46,959 nt of DNA from IMG/VR virus record IMGVR_UViG_2681813454_000002, positions 1 through 46,959 of that record; one strand, given 5' to 3'. Below the pieces are notes generated by a model. It was given only the letters and a program-made list of their open reading frames with translations. It did no database searches and was not told where the DNA came from. Positions 1-8,186 of the stretch are shown here, piece by piece. The translations under genes were made by a program, and so were the position numbers. Every line of letters starts with the position of its first letter. Position 1 is the stretch's first letter. The DNA is from a virus. Taxonomy: Duplodnaviria > Heunggongvirae > Uroviricota > Caudoviricetes.

Positions 1-1314
1 TTAACTTACTGATTTTAATAAGCCTCTGGTGTCACTTTGGTGACTATGGGGCATCATTGGGACATAATCTGTCAGCTTCTGATTCAGCATTGCGATCTGT
101 TCTGCATTGCTGTCAGTCATCCATGCTCCGTATACATTGAATACCATCTGGGCACTTGCATGGCCCATCTGGCTGGCAATGAAGCTTGGGTTTGCTCCGG
201 CAGATAATGACCAGCACGCATAAGTGTGTCGTGACTGGTATGCCTTTCGATGCCTGATCCCTGCACGCTTAATGGCTGTTTCCCATGAGTCACCTACAGA
301 ATCGACTTTGTAGACAAAACCTACCTGTTCGCTTTTTCTAACCACTTGAGGGTTAAACACGAAAGTACATTCATGGTTCACTGAACGTCCATATTCACGT
401 AGTTGCACCTTGATGTTGTACTGCTTACCCAGTCTTGTCATTTCAGCCTGATTTTTCAGGACACTGATAGCGGGCTGGATAAGGTGCACAACCCTGTTTG
501 TGCTTGCTTCAGTTTTCGGTAGAGTGAACTCACCAAGTTTCGTATAATTGCGCCTGATGGTAATTGTTCCTGCCTTCAGATCGATATCTTCCCAGGCCAG
601 GGAGACCAGTTCACCGTGACGCATTCCTGTGTACACAGCCAATGACCACAGGTTTTTCGTCTGCTGATGTCGGCAAGCATCTATCAGGCGAATAAATTCG
701 TCACGAGTTAGCGGATCTGGCTCTGCCCTGGCTCTTTTAAGAGGCTTAATTCCCTGGAAGGGATTTGCTTCTAAGTAACCGTGATCTGCAGCAAACTGAA
801 ACATTCCAGCGATTGTCGTCATGTAATAATTTACAGTAACGACGCTCCGTCCTTTTGCTGCTGCTTTGTTTTTCGTTGAATTCTGATACCCGGTAAGCAA
901 ATCTTTCCTGATATACAGCAATTCCTCTTTGGTTACCGATGACACCAGTCTACTGCCTCCAATTTTCGGAACCATCGTTCTTGCAACGGATTCATAGCGA
1001 TTGAATGCATTTGCAGAGATTTCCATTCGTTTCAGATCCAGCCACTTTTCTTCAAGTTCCTTCACCGTAATTTCTTTTTTACTTACCCCAAAAGCCTGAA
1101 GGTTGGGGGAGTCAGGGAACTGTGCAGCATAATCAAAGCTTCCTGTGCGGATGGCAAAACATACTGATGTCCGCAGTTCCCCGGCGATCTTCCTGTTCTT
1201 GGCAGTGTCAGGGACACCAAGATTTTCCCTGACACGTTTACCTTTAAAATTAAACCAGATGCGTAATGTGCCGCCGTGGTTTTCGACGCCTGTTGGATAT
1301 TTGACTTTATCCAT
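1..1314 (-). CDS. int: Phage tyrosine integrase (437 aa)
   Basis: Complete ORF with stop at 1-3 on the minus strand; N-terminal arm-binding-like region and C-terminal tyrosine-recombinase-like region; sits next to an excisionase-like gene at the prophage left end. Confidence 0.85.
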   Translation of the reverse strand: MDKVKYPTGVENHGGTLRIWFNFKGKRVRENLGVPDTAKNRKIAGELRTSVCFAIRTGSFDYAAQFPDSPNLQAFGVSKKEITVKELEEKWLDLKRMEISANAFNRYESVARTMVPKIGGSRLVSSVTKEELLYIRKDLLTGYQNSTKNKAAAKGRSVVTVNYYMTTIAGMFQFAADHGYLEANPFQGIKPLKRARAEPDPLTRDEFIRLIDACRHQQTKNLWSLAVYTGMRHGELVSLAWEDIDLKAGTITIRRNYTKLGEFTLPKTEASTNRVVHLIQPAISVLKNQAEMTRLGKQYNIKVQLREYGRSVNHECTFVFNPQVVRKSEQVGFVYKVDSVGDSWETAIKRAGIRHRKAYQSRHTYACWSLSAGANPSFIASQMGHASAQMVFNVYGAWMTDSNAEQIAMLNQKLTDYVPMMPHSHQSDTRGLLKSVS

Positions 1315-1369
1315 CGATACCTCCAGACGCCCAAGAGCGATACGAGCTTACATATTTCATGATATTAAA

Positions 1370-1606
1370 TCACCTGGGTTGTTTGTTTTTCATTGAGGCG
1401 ACCCAGGCATCTATTGCTTTTCTGTTATACATACATTCACTGGAAGGCTTTGGATTACCGTCTGGTGATACGTGAATATACTCTCTTCCAACCATCCAGC
1501 ATTCTTTCCGGGCCCGAAGAATTGTGCCTGGTTTGAGCCCGGTAATTGCGATAAGAACGCTTTCACAAACCCATTCATTGGGAGCCAGTTGAATCACATT
1601 GCCCAT
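1370..1606 (-). CDS. xis: Excisionase-like small DNA-binding protein (78 aa)
   Basis: Small basic ORF immediately upstream of int in the same orientation; RBS TGAGGT before the ATG. Confidence 0.6.
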   Translation of the reverse strand: MGNVIQLAPNEWVCESVLIAITGLKPGTILRARKECWMVGREYIHVSPDGNPKPSSECMYNRKAIDAWVASMKNKQPR

Positions 1607-1614
1607 GTATTACC

Positions 1615-1761
1615 TCACACAACACTCAGCCCACGGCAGTGGCACCACACTTCAAACATTCGCTTCACAACTTCACGACAGTAGAAGCCGTCAACATCTC
1701 GCGTCAGGTCATAGCGATTGCCGTAACGCTGGTGGACCCATCGTTCAAATGCTTTATTCAT
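1615..1761 (-). CDS. Hypothetical small protein (48 aa), not in the ORF track
   Basis: ATG at 1759-1761 preceded by AAGGAAG; translates MNKAFERWVHQRYGNRYDLTRDVDGFYCREVVKRMFEVWCHCRGLSVV; stop just before the xis RBS. Confidence 0.35.
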   Translation of the reverse strand: MNKAFERWVHQRYGNRYDLTRDVDGFYCREVVKRMFEVWCHCRGLSVV

Positions 1762-1764
1762 TCT

Positions 1765-2007
1765 TTACTTCCTTTTTATGGCTCGTAATTTTTTCAGGTG
1801 CTTTTCCTGCTCAGTGTCCGCGAGAATTTTGCGGTACTCCTGGTGGTCAATATGTTCGAACAGGCAGTTTAACTCACCAATGCGTACCCGCCCGGATCGT
1901 CCGTCCATCCGTCGAAAGAACACTGAGTGCTCAGTGATGCGAGTAATCACCACGGGGTATCCGGCTCTGTCCGTGTATATCTGACCGCGTTGAATCAAAG
2001 CGAACAT
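1765..2007 (-). CDS. Hypothetical prophage protein (80 aa)
   Basis: ORF in the leftward early operon, same orientation as its neighbours. Confidence 0.5.
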   Translation of the reverse strand: MFALIQRGQIYTDRAGYPVVITRITEHSVFFRRMDGRSGRVRIGELNCLFEHIDHQEYRKILADTEQEKHLKKLRAIKRK

Positions 2008-2091
2008 GTGGTTATCCCCAGCGGCAAATCGAATACACCATCAGCGTCACCGCCATCGCAATTCCTACCGTTGTTAATGCTTCAGGCCAGG

Positions 2092-2436
2092 TCATCGTAA
2101 AATATCCTCCACGCTTATCAGTCCGTTCCGCTCCAGATAACTCATCGCCTTATCCGGTAATTTGCAGTCTGGCTTCGCTTTCCTCAGTTGCCAGGTTAAC
2201 TGCTTTACCAGCATGGTTAACTCATCGACCAGACGCTGATATCCCACTGGTTTGTATTCATGCAATTTACCGGCTGGCTCTGCTGCCAGCGATACCAGTG
2301 CGATTTCCAGAACAGCAATATCCATCTTATATGTGCGGATGATGTCATGGTCGATTGTACCCGGTATGCACAGTCTCTGTGCTTCAATAGTCTCCTCTGC
2401 GTGAGCTATTAACTGCTCTCTGGTAAAAGTCGTCAT
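2092..2436 (-). CDS. Hypothetical protein (114 aa)
   Basis: ORF whose stop overlaps the start of the upstream gene; shares an LVSL.AEP motif and a 30-bp nucleotide block with the adjacent 61-aa ORF. Confidence 0.55.
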   Translation of the reverse strand: MTTFTREQLIAHAEETIEAQRLCIPGTIDHDIIRTYKMDIAVLEIALVSLAAEPAGKLHEYKPVGYQRLVDELTMLVKQLTWQLRKAKPDCKLPDKAMSYLERNGLISVEDILR

Positions 2437-2618
2437 GCCGTAGCCCCTTCTTGATATTTTTCAAACCAGAACACAACCGGCTCTGCTTCCAGCGATACCA
2501 GTGCAATTCGTGCCAGTTCTTCCGCTTCTTCTGCTGGCAGTACAACGTTGCTACCCGGTCCGTATGTTTCGCGCCACTGCTTGATTGTCAGCAGTCGCCC
2601 TTTGGTAATAGTGATCAT
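2433..2618 (-). CDS. Hypothetical protein (61 aa), partial paralog of the adjacent 114-aa gene
   Basis: ORF coupled by ATGA-type overlap; nucleotides 2479-2508 match 2275-2304 at 28/30 positions. Confidence 0.45.
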   Translation of the reverse strand: MITITKGRLLTIKQWRETYGPGSNVVLPAEEAEELARIALVSLEAEPVVFWFEKYQEGATA

Positions 2619-3130
2619 GCCGCGTTTCCTTCTTTCTTATTAACAATCACACCGTCATATATTTCATTAAGGTGCCCTCTCAACTCCATGCGCCTTAATG
2701 CAGATAACATGTAATCGCATTCAACCTGCTTATTCCCAGTAAATGGCTTATCGTCAGGATTACCCCAACAGCAATTACCCCTGGGCCATCCATGTACTTT
2801 CCGTACTCTTCCGTTAACAACGTGAAGTAATCCCCAGCCGGGAGGTAAATCCTCAACTGAAATAATTTCCGGCTCACTAATAAAGAATCGCCAGTCGCCC
2901 ATGCCAAGTGAGGGATTTTTACGGAAACGCTTTTTTCTATCTGCCAACAAGTCAGCACGAGAACACTTCGCCTCTATCAGGCATGATGCTGAATTTCTGA
3001 ATCCCATAGCATCTGGCTGTTCTCCGGTACTGGTTACAGCAACAAAGCGGTCATGAAAGCAAACCTTGAACCCGTTGCGCTTAAGGAACTTGTACGCAAT
3101 CTGACAGAGTTCGTGGTGTGTTAACGCCAT
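2615..3130 (-). CDS. Putative PD-(D/E)XK-family nuclease-like protein (171 aa from the MALTHH start)
   Basis: ATG at 3128-3130 with RBS AAGGAGAG; sequence has a D...EAK arrangement (..PDAMGF..CLIEAKCSRADL..) reminiscent of PD-(D/E)XK nucleases; family assignment is tentative. Confidence 0.5.
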   Translation of the reverse strand: MALTHHELCQIAYKFLKRNGFKVCFHDRFVAVTSTGEQPDAMGFRNSASCLIEAKCSRADLLADRKKRFRKNPSLGMGDWRFFISEPEIISVEDLPPGWGLLHVVNGRVRKVHGWPRGNCCWGNPDDKPFTGNKQVECDYMLSALRRMELRGHLNEIYDGVIVNKKEGNAA

Positions 3131-3131
3131 A

Positions 3132-3617
3132 TCACTCTCCTTTGATGCGAATGCCTGTTGCAATGCTGTTTATGATGCTGTCAGTGCATGGGGTAGAAAG
3201 CTGGGCATCTCCAGCAATTTTCATGACCTCAACATCTGCATATCGAATACCGAGGTGTATCAGACCGGCTATGCCTGACTTAAGCCGAGCATTTTCCATA
3301 AATAGAACTTTTGCCCGCTGTTTTTCTGCTTCAAGCTCAACGCGCAGCTTCCCTACCGTTAGCGCAATATCCTCGTTCTCCTGATCGCGGCTTTTGATGT
3401 ATTGCAGGTTTCTTTCCCGTTCATCCAGCAGTGCCAGCACGGTTTCTGGTCCGGTCAGAAATTTGAAGGCGTTGAGCGCATCAATATCCACACCGTAATC
3501 TTTAAGTTCCTGTTCACTTAACAAGTCATCATCAGCTGGCAACATTAACAGGCGTTCCATTGCTGGAATTGCACGTTCCGCCACCTCACGCAGTGCCTGG
3601 TAATTAATTTCGCTCAC
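3132..3617 (-). CDS. Ead/Ea22-like early protein (161 aa)
   Basis: N-terminus MSEINYQALREVAERA and coiled-coil-like middle are typical of lambdoid Ea22-like proteins; GTG start after GGAGG. Confidence 0.6.
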   Translation of the reverse strand: MSEINYQALREVAERAIPAMERLLMLPADDDLLSEQELKDYGVDIDALNAFKFLTGPETVLALLDERERNLQYIKSRDQENEDIALTVGKLRVELEAEKQRAKVLFMENARLKSGIAGLIHLGIRYADVEVMKIAGDAQLSTPCTDSIINSIATGIRIKGE

Positions 3618-4120
3618 TGGTTGCCTCCTTTGCGAAGCTGGGCAGCAAAGTCAACTAACCACTCAGTCATTTCAACCTTCCCTACCAGGTCTGAACCAGG
3701 GTACATACAGCAATCACTCTGCGCCGCTTTGAAATCCTTATACTCATATTCTTGGGCCACCAGATTTTTTGCAGCTTCTATAGCAGCGTCCACCCCCTGC
3801 GCCCGGACTTCAGCCAGGAAAGCATCAGTGGTTGGCGTTTCAGGTATCTGTCTCCTCATCCGTTCTATTGCATGATTGAACCCGAAGTCTTCCGCGAGAG
3901 ATACGTCATCCATATTGTCATTGTCATCCTCAATATCCCGTGATTCTGGAATTGCAGACTTTATTCCCGCATTCTCCGCTGCCAGCGCCGCGCACTTGGC
4001 CTCAAGAGCGGCAACCACTTCCTGATGGTCTTTGTACTTAACGTATGAGCCGGAGATGTCATCACCTTCGGTGTTTAGCCATGCGTCATTGCAATTCACT
4101 GCGTAGGTTCTGATGCTCAT
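3614..4120 (-). CDS. Hypothetical early protein (168 aa, start at MSIRTY)
   Basis: ATG at 4118-4120 overlaps the TGA of the upstream 60-aa ORF (ATGA coupling); acidic middle region. Confidence 0.55.
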   Translation of the reverse strand: MSIRTYAVNCNDAWLNTEGDDISGSYVKYKDHQEVVAALEAKCAALAAENAGIKSAIPESRDIEDDNDNMDDVSLAEDFGFNHAIERMRRQIPETPTTDAFLAEVRAQGVDAAIEAAKNLVAQEYEYKDFKAAQSDCCMYPGSDLVGKVEMTEWLVDFAAQLRKGGNQ

Positions 4121-4299
4121 GTTGATGCTCTCCCGCCCCTGACAGACGCCAGGCCAGTCAATAAAGTATCCGCAATGCCTACCCTCAGACGTGCGCGCAG
4201 GATAAATGCCGTTATGACCCGGCAAATATATGCTACCCATTCATCTTGCGTTGCCTGTTCCGCCGCCTCGCGCAGTGCCTGATAGTCAATCTTGCTCAC
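4117..4299 (-). CDS. Small ORF with an Ea22-like N-terminal module (60 aa)
   Basis: Starts MSKIDYQALREAAEQA with the same RBS and start context as the 161-aa Ea22-like gene; diverges after about 20 codons. Confidence 0.4.
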   Translation of the reverse strand: MSKIDYQALREAAEQATQDEWVAYICRVITAFILRARLRVGIADTLLTGLASVRGGRAST

Positions 4300-4600
4300 T
4301 GGCAGCCTCCTTTGCCGGGATTTCTAACTTTTGAGTGGTTGTATCAAATTCAAACAACTTAACCACGTCATCAAACAGGACATAATCACCATCAGGATCT
4401 TCAGTCATATCTGCGCCACAATCCTGACCGCACGAGTCGCAACCATCCATATCAAGCTCGTATCGCTTCAGGTTTGCGATATTTGATAAATTCAGCGCCA
4501 GTACAGCCAGGTCATAAACCTCTTCGGCAGTGACATCGCTGTTCAGTCCCATTTCATGGCGATATATGATTTTTTCTACTCGTTGTTTTGTGATCGTCAT
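4286..4600 (-). CDS. Hypothetical protein (104 aa from the MTITKQ start)
   Basis: ATG at 4598-4600 with RBS GGAGTGAAGAG; acidic, Cys-containing. Confidence 0.5.
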   Translation of the reverse strand: MTITKQRVEKIIYRHEMGLNSDVTAEEVYDLAVLALNLSNIANLKRYELDMDGCDSCGQDCGADMTEDPDGDYVLFDDVVKLFEFDTTTQKLEIPAKEAASEQD

Positions 4601-4871
4601 TTTTCTCTTCACTCCGATATACAAGGATTACTACACCCCCTCTGCTGATTGCGCGAGCTGGATCCCCTGGTTCCATGCCGTCAATTCCGAAGGCTTCGGA
4701 AAACGCATTCATTGCCTTCTGGCGTTCATCCTGCTTACGGCGTTTATTCCATTTTTTCAGGAACAACAGCGACAGCCACCGTCCGCTGCAGAACACGATG
4801 TAAAAATAACCAAGGAGCGCCAGGCCGACATTCAGGGCCGTTTCTATGGTTAGTTGTGAGTCAGTTGCCAT
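4554..4871 (-). CDS. Hypothetical small membrane protein (105 aa)
   Basis: RBS AGGTAAG before the ATG at 4869-4871; predicted hydrophobic segment LNVGLALLGYFYIVF; 3' end overlaps the next gene in another frame. Confidence 0.4.
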   Translation of the reverse strand: MATDSQLTIETALNVGLALLGYFYIVFCSGRWLSLLFLKKWNKRRKQDERQKAMNAFSEAFGIDGMEPGDPARAISRGGVVILVYRSEEKNDDHKTTSRKNHISP

Positions 4872-5109
4872 TTCTTACCTGTTTAAGTAACTGGTTGAAC
4901 ATAACACTTAGGGGATTGCTGTATCCAAACGGCAGATTGTTTACGCAGTACAGAATCATTTTGTTTTTTTCTCCAGTTCGTACTATTAACCCATTCCACA
5001 ATAACCGTGATAATTCATTACTGATAGAAGTTGCGCTTCTTCCAAGTGCGAGGGATATATCTTCTCTACTGCAATCTGGATTTTCCTGGATATACTCGAT
5101 AACGGTCAT
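4861..5109 (-). CDS. Putative winged-helix DNA-binding protein (82 aa, start at MTVIEY)
   Basis: ATG at 5107-5109 after AAAAGGGA; sequence MTVIEYIQENPDCSREDISLALGRSATSISNELSRLLWNGLI resembles wHTH regulators. Confidence 0.5.
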   Translation of the reverse strand: MTVIEYIQENPDCSREDISLALGRSATSISNELSRLLWNGLIVRTGEKNKMILYCVNNLPFGYSNPLSVMFNQLLKQVRNGN

Positions 5110-5119
5110 GTGGTCCCTT

Positions 5120-5701
5120 TTACTTAATATCTGTTTCGGATTGCATGCCATGAGTATTCATTTCGTTAATAATTTCATCCAGAAGGATTTCAAGCCCTTC
5201 TCGACCCATATCTGAAAGAATGAAACCTTTATCAGGGGAAGTAGTGAGCATTTTCTGATAAAGAAACAGCGCTCTTCCCATTCCTTCAGCTTCGCCGTAT
5301 TTTTGAATTAAATTCCATTCAATATACTGTTGTAAGGCAAATCGAATGGGGCCGGGATATATCGTCATAAACCCATACATCCCGTTATATACCACGGCGT
5401 GTTCAGTTGTTCCGTGTTCATTCAGGATATCAATTGTGCCGTTCTTGTCTTCTTCTTCGTTGATGAATGTCGTCACATACAACCATCGCCACTGAGCAAC
5501 CTTCATCTCAACCGGAAGTTTACCCAGTAATCCTGCTTCGTCGGCTTGCGCCAGACACTGAAGGATACGTAAACCTCGCACATTAGGAGTATCGAATTCT
5601 CCGGCATCCAGACGACGTATGGCGTCGTGATAATCAATCGTCATACTGCCAGTTCGTATACCATTGGCTGTTGCTTCAGCCTGGAATTCATCGTATTGCA
5701 T
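5120..5701 (-). CDS. Hypothetical protein (193 aa), uncharacterised accessory gene
   Basis: Long ORF with RBS GAGGAA before the ATG at 5699-5701; lies in a low-GC island. Confidence 0.6.
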   Translation of the reverse strand: MQYDEFQAEATANGIRTGSMTIDYHDAIRRLDAGEFDTPNVRGLRILQCLAQADEAGLLGKLPVEMKVAQWRWLYVTTFINEEEDKNGTIDILNEHGTTEHAVVYNGMYGFMTIYPGPIRFALQQYIEWNLIQKYGEAEGMGRALFLYQKMLTTSPDKGFILSDMGREGLEILLDEIINEMNTHGMQSETDIK

Positions 5702-5706
5702 GATAT

Positions 5707-5895
5707 TTATTCCTCATCTTCATCTTCATCTGCTGGTGCAATAACGTCATATCCTGCCCTTTCTGCAATAAACAGGAATGTTGAAAGAGTTCCTACAAGT
5801 TCATCGTCATGAACATGGCGAATGAATATTACTTTCCCGTTTTTGATGGTCAGCAATATTCTGGTTTGTTCGTGTTCTGCTGTTTTCTGATGCAT
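5707..5895 (-). CDS. Hypothetical small protein (62 aa) with an acidic C-terminus
   Basis: RBS GGGAGA before the ATG; C-terminal DEDEDEE tail; stop 6 nt before the start of the 193-aa gene. Confidence 0.45.
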   Translation of the reverse strand: MHQKTAEHEQTRILLTIKNGKVIFIRHVHDDELVGTLSTFLFIAERAGYDVIAPADEDEDEE

Positions 5896-6089
5896 TATTA
5901 TCTCCCGTATGCTTTACGCAGAAATAAGCAGGCAATATGCATGTAATTTTCACCGTATTGTGCAATAAGGCAGGCGGTCTTGTGTGATGCCATATTCTTT
6001 ATAAAAGTCACAATAAAGCCTCCTGTGGATTAAGGTTGTAACAATCCCCGGCGATAAAACCGCAATAAACGTTCAGGGCATATTTGTTG

Positions 6090-6455
6090 TTATTGCGCTA
6101 ATTCTTTTTCGGCAGCAGCTTTTGTATACTCACATGCAAAACTCAGAATTTCGCTGCCGAGTGTTTTCGTTTCGTGATTACTGGACATATGTAATACCTG
6201 TGTTGCATGCAATAAATGATAAACATTTACCGCAAATGAATCAGGCTCCAGACAAATGCCTTCGTAATTATCTTGCTGTGAGGTTGTTTCTGTCATTGCT
6301 CCTGAAGTGCATGCGAGCCTGTTTTTGACAATTCTCTTTTCTCTAATCACTATATCGGCAACATCTATTGCCTTTACAACCTCCGGGAGAAGTTCCGGGT
6401 TTGTATAATCAAAGTCATCAACATGGAGAACAGTTATGTTTTCGAACTTTTTCAT
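6090..6455 (-). CDS. Hypothetical protein (121 aa), uncharacterised accessory gene
   Basis: RBS GAGGAAG before the ATG at 6453-6455. Confidence 0.55.
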   Translation of the reverse strand: MKKFENITVLHVDDFDYTNPELLPEVVKAIDVADIVIREKRIVKNRLACTSGAMTETTSQQDNYEGICLEPDSFAVNVYHLLHATQVLHMSSNHETKTLGSEILSFACEYTKAAAEKELAQ

Positions 6456-6696
6456 GGCTTCCTCAGCTGACTTATATGTTCTGCTATATAGCGAGTCTCA
6501 GAAGTGTTTTCATATTGAGACTGTTTCCGCAATGATTGATAAAAATGTTCGCATGTACCTTGAAGGGCGAAGCGGCGATTATGTCACTATTGGTATTGGT
6601 TCTTCCGCAGAAGAGCTTCGCGAGATAAGGGGCAAACTTGTTGAGATGCGTCATGGTGTTGCTGCTCCTCACTTTTTGGTTGCTCCGGAGGAGTAA
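6436..6696 (+). CDS. Candidate plus-strand ORF (86 aa) embedded in the leftward operon
   Basis: GGAG 7 nt upstream of the ATG at 6436; overlaps the 5' end of the 121-aa gene and the 3' end of the HTH gene; may be spurious. Confidence 0.2.
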   Translation: MFSNFFMASSADLYVLLYSESQKCFHIETVSAMIDKNVRMYLEGRSGDYVTIGIGSSAEELREIRGKLVEMRHGVAAPHFLVAPEE

Positions 6697-7087
6697 CCTC
6701 ACCAGTTAACAGCCACATCGGATCGCAGCCAAGAATATTTGCCAGTGGGATAAGCATACTGATAGTTGGTTCATACTCTCCGCTCTCCCACTGGATGATA
6801 ATTTCTTCATCGAGATCGAGCAGCCTGGCGAGTTCGGCGGTTGTTAAGCCGCAGGCTTCGCGTTGGGTGCGAAGACGGTTGTTGATTGCAGAATTTTTGT
6901 TCTGTAAAAGCATTGCTGACGATAGCTTTCTGGATATGCTATTTGTCATATCCCATGCCAGTCCTGCGCATGACTCTATATCGCTAGAGAGCGTAGCATC
7001 AGGTGTTGCTTTTGCTATTAGTGTAATGAGGCTGCCGAGGTTTTTCAGTTCTTCGAGACAGTCAAGAGTTGTAGCTTTATTGATCAT
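6587..7087 (-). CDS. HTH (XRE-family) DNA-binding protein (166 aa), first gene of the leftward early operon
   Basis: Central motif GLTTAELARLLDLDEEIIIQWESGEYEPTISMLIPLANILGCDPMWLLTGE is a Cro/C1-type HTH; RBS TGAGGT before the ATG at 7085-7087; preceded by operator-like repeats. Confidence 0.6.
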   Translation of the reverse strand: MINKATTLDCLEELKNLGSLITLIAKATPDATLSSDIESCAGLAWDMTNSISRKLSSAMLLQNKNSAINNRLRTQREACGLTTAELARLLDLDEEIIIQWESGEYEPTISMLIPLANILGCDPMWLLTGEVTPPEQPKSEEQQHHDASQQVCPLSREALLRKNQYQ

Positions 7088-7116
7088 GAGATGATACCTC
7101 AGTTACGAACTTTGTT

Positions 7117-7170
7117 TTATGGTAACTAAGGTATCAAGGTGTGGCAAGTGATTTTTGATACTTTGGTTTC
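7117..7170. promoter_or_regulatory. OL-like operator/promoter region (TTGATAC repeats)
   Basis: Two TTGATAC(C/T)-type motifs in opposite orientation (7130-7137 minus strand, 7155-7166 plus strand) between the cI stop and the first leftward gene. Confidence 0.4.
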
Positions 7171-7190
7171 TTTTTGTGTTTTGTGTCTGG

Positions 7191-7847
7191 TCAGAAAATA
7201 TCCCACCTGGCATCAACCACAACACCTACTATTTCGCAATCATTGTCCATTTCTATGATTGGATATTGTGGATTAAGGGGCTTTAGAAACGCCTTTCCCA
7301 TGTCAGAAATATATTTTTTGAATGTTGCTTCATTGGTCGATTTTTTTCTGGCGATGACGTAACACCCTGAAAAAACTTCTTTATCTGGGTTGACAAGGAT
7401 CGACATTCCTTCAGGAAATGTTATTCCTACGGGCGAAGTCATTGAGTCTCCGTGCACTTCCAGCCAGAACCCCCTCTCACCAGCGTATTTTACAGAATGC
7501 CTCCAATTATCCTGATCATACATGTTGTAGTCATCACCAGAAGTTGCGAATAATCCTGCCTGAACCCAGTTAATTACAGGGTAAGAGTGTGCTGTGTCTC
7601 TCTGTGGGCAGCTCTTAACATTATTTTCCCAATGCTTATCTTTTTCATCTCCGTTCTGAAGCCACTGCGGTGAACACCGCAGTGCAGCTGCAACTTTAAA
7701 AAGGGTGTCACCGTTGAAACTTTTTGTAAGGCCTTGCTCGGCTTTACTGATTGCAACTCTGGTGATCCCAGCTTTTTTAGCCAACGCATCTTGTGTTAAC
7801 CCAGCTTTTTGCCGTGCGTTGATGAGACGTTCACCTAAAGACTTCAT
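7191..7847 (-). CDS. cI: CI-like prophage repressor (HTH plus S24 LexA-like autocleavage domain, 218 aa)
   Basis: N-terminal HTH (LTQDALAKKAGITRVAISKAEQG) and C-terminal S24-peptidase-like domain; ATG at 7845-7847 with RBS GAGGAG; divergent from the rightward genes. Confidence 0.85.
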   Translation of the reverse strand: MKSLGERLINARQKAGLTQDALAKKAGITRVAISKAEQGLTKSFNGDTLFKVAAALRCSPQWLQNGDEKDKHWENNVKSCPQRDTAHSYPVINWVQAGLFATSGDDYNMYDQDNWRHSVKYAGERGFWLEVHGDSMTSPVGITFPEGMSILVNPDKEVFSGCYVIARKKSTNEATFKKYISDMGKAFLKPLNPQYPIIEMDNDCEIVGVVVDARWDIF

Positions 7848-7861
7848 TTTTCTTCTCCTCT

Positions 7862-7955
7862 CATGGCTGTTGATACTAAAGTAACAGAATTTCTTGATAC
7901 TTTGGATTCCCGTGGTTAACATCGTTGGATAACAAAGTATCTGGTGTGAGACTAA
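7862..7955. promoter_or_regulatory. OR-like operator/promoter region (PRM/PR) with repeated TTGATAC half-sites
   Basis: TTGATACTAAAGTA at 7870, TTGATACTTTGG at 7894 and inverted GATAACAAAGTATC at 7928-7941, in the divergent intergenic region between cI and the rightward genes. Confidence 0.5.
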
Positions 7956-7958
7956 AGA

Positions 7959-8186
7959 ATGACCCTTTATGAAATATTAAAAATTCAATTTAAAACCAAT
8001 GCCGCTATTGGTCGCAGGTTCCCAAAGAAAGGAAGGCCTCGTGGCAGTCAAGGTGTTGGAAAGTGGAAAACGCGAGGTGTTCCGGAGGATGTTGCCATTC
8101 TTTGTCATCTGGATCCGAGCATTCCATATACACACCCAAGTCTAGCGAATACAGAAGATGACAAGCCCACAGGAGACCAACAATGA
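7959..8186 (+). CDS. Hypothetical ORF in the Cro position (75 aa), doubtful
   Basis: Only ORF between OR and the Rha gene; basic and Pro/Gly-rich, no HTH recognisable; weak RBS. Confidence 0.2.
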   Translation: MTLYEILKIQFKTNAAIGRRFPKKGRPRGSQGVGKWKTRGVPEDVAILCHLDPSIPYTHPSLANTEDDKPTGDQQ

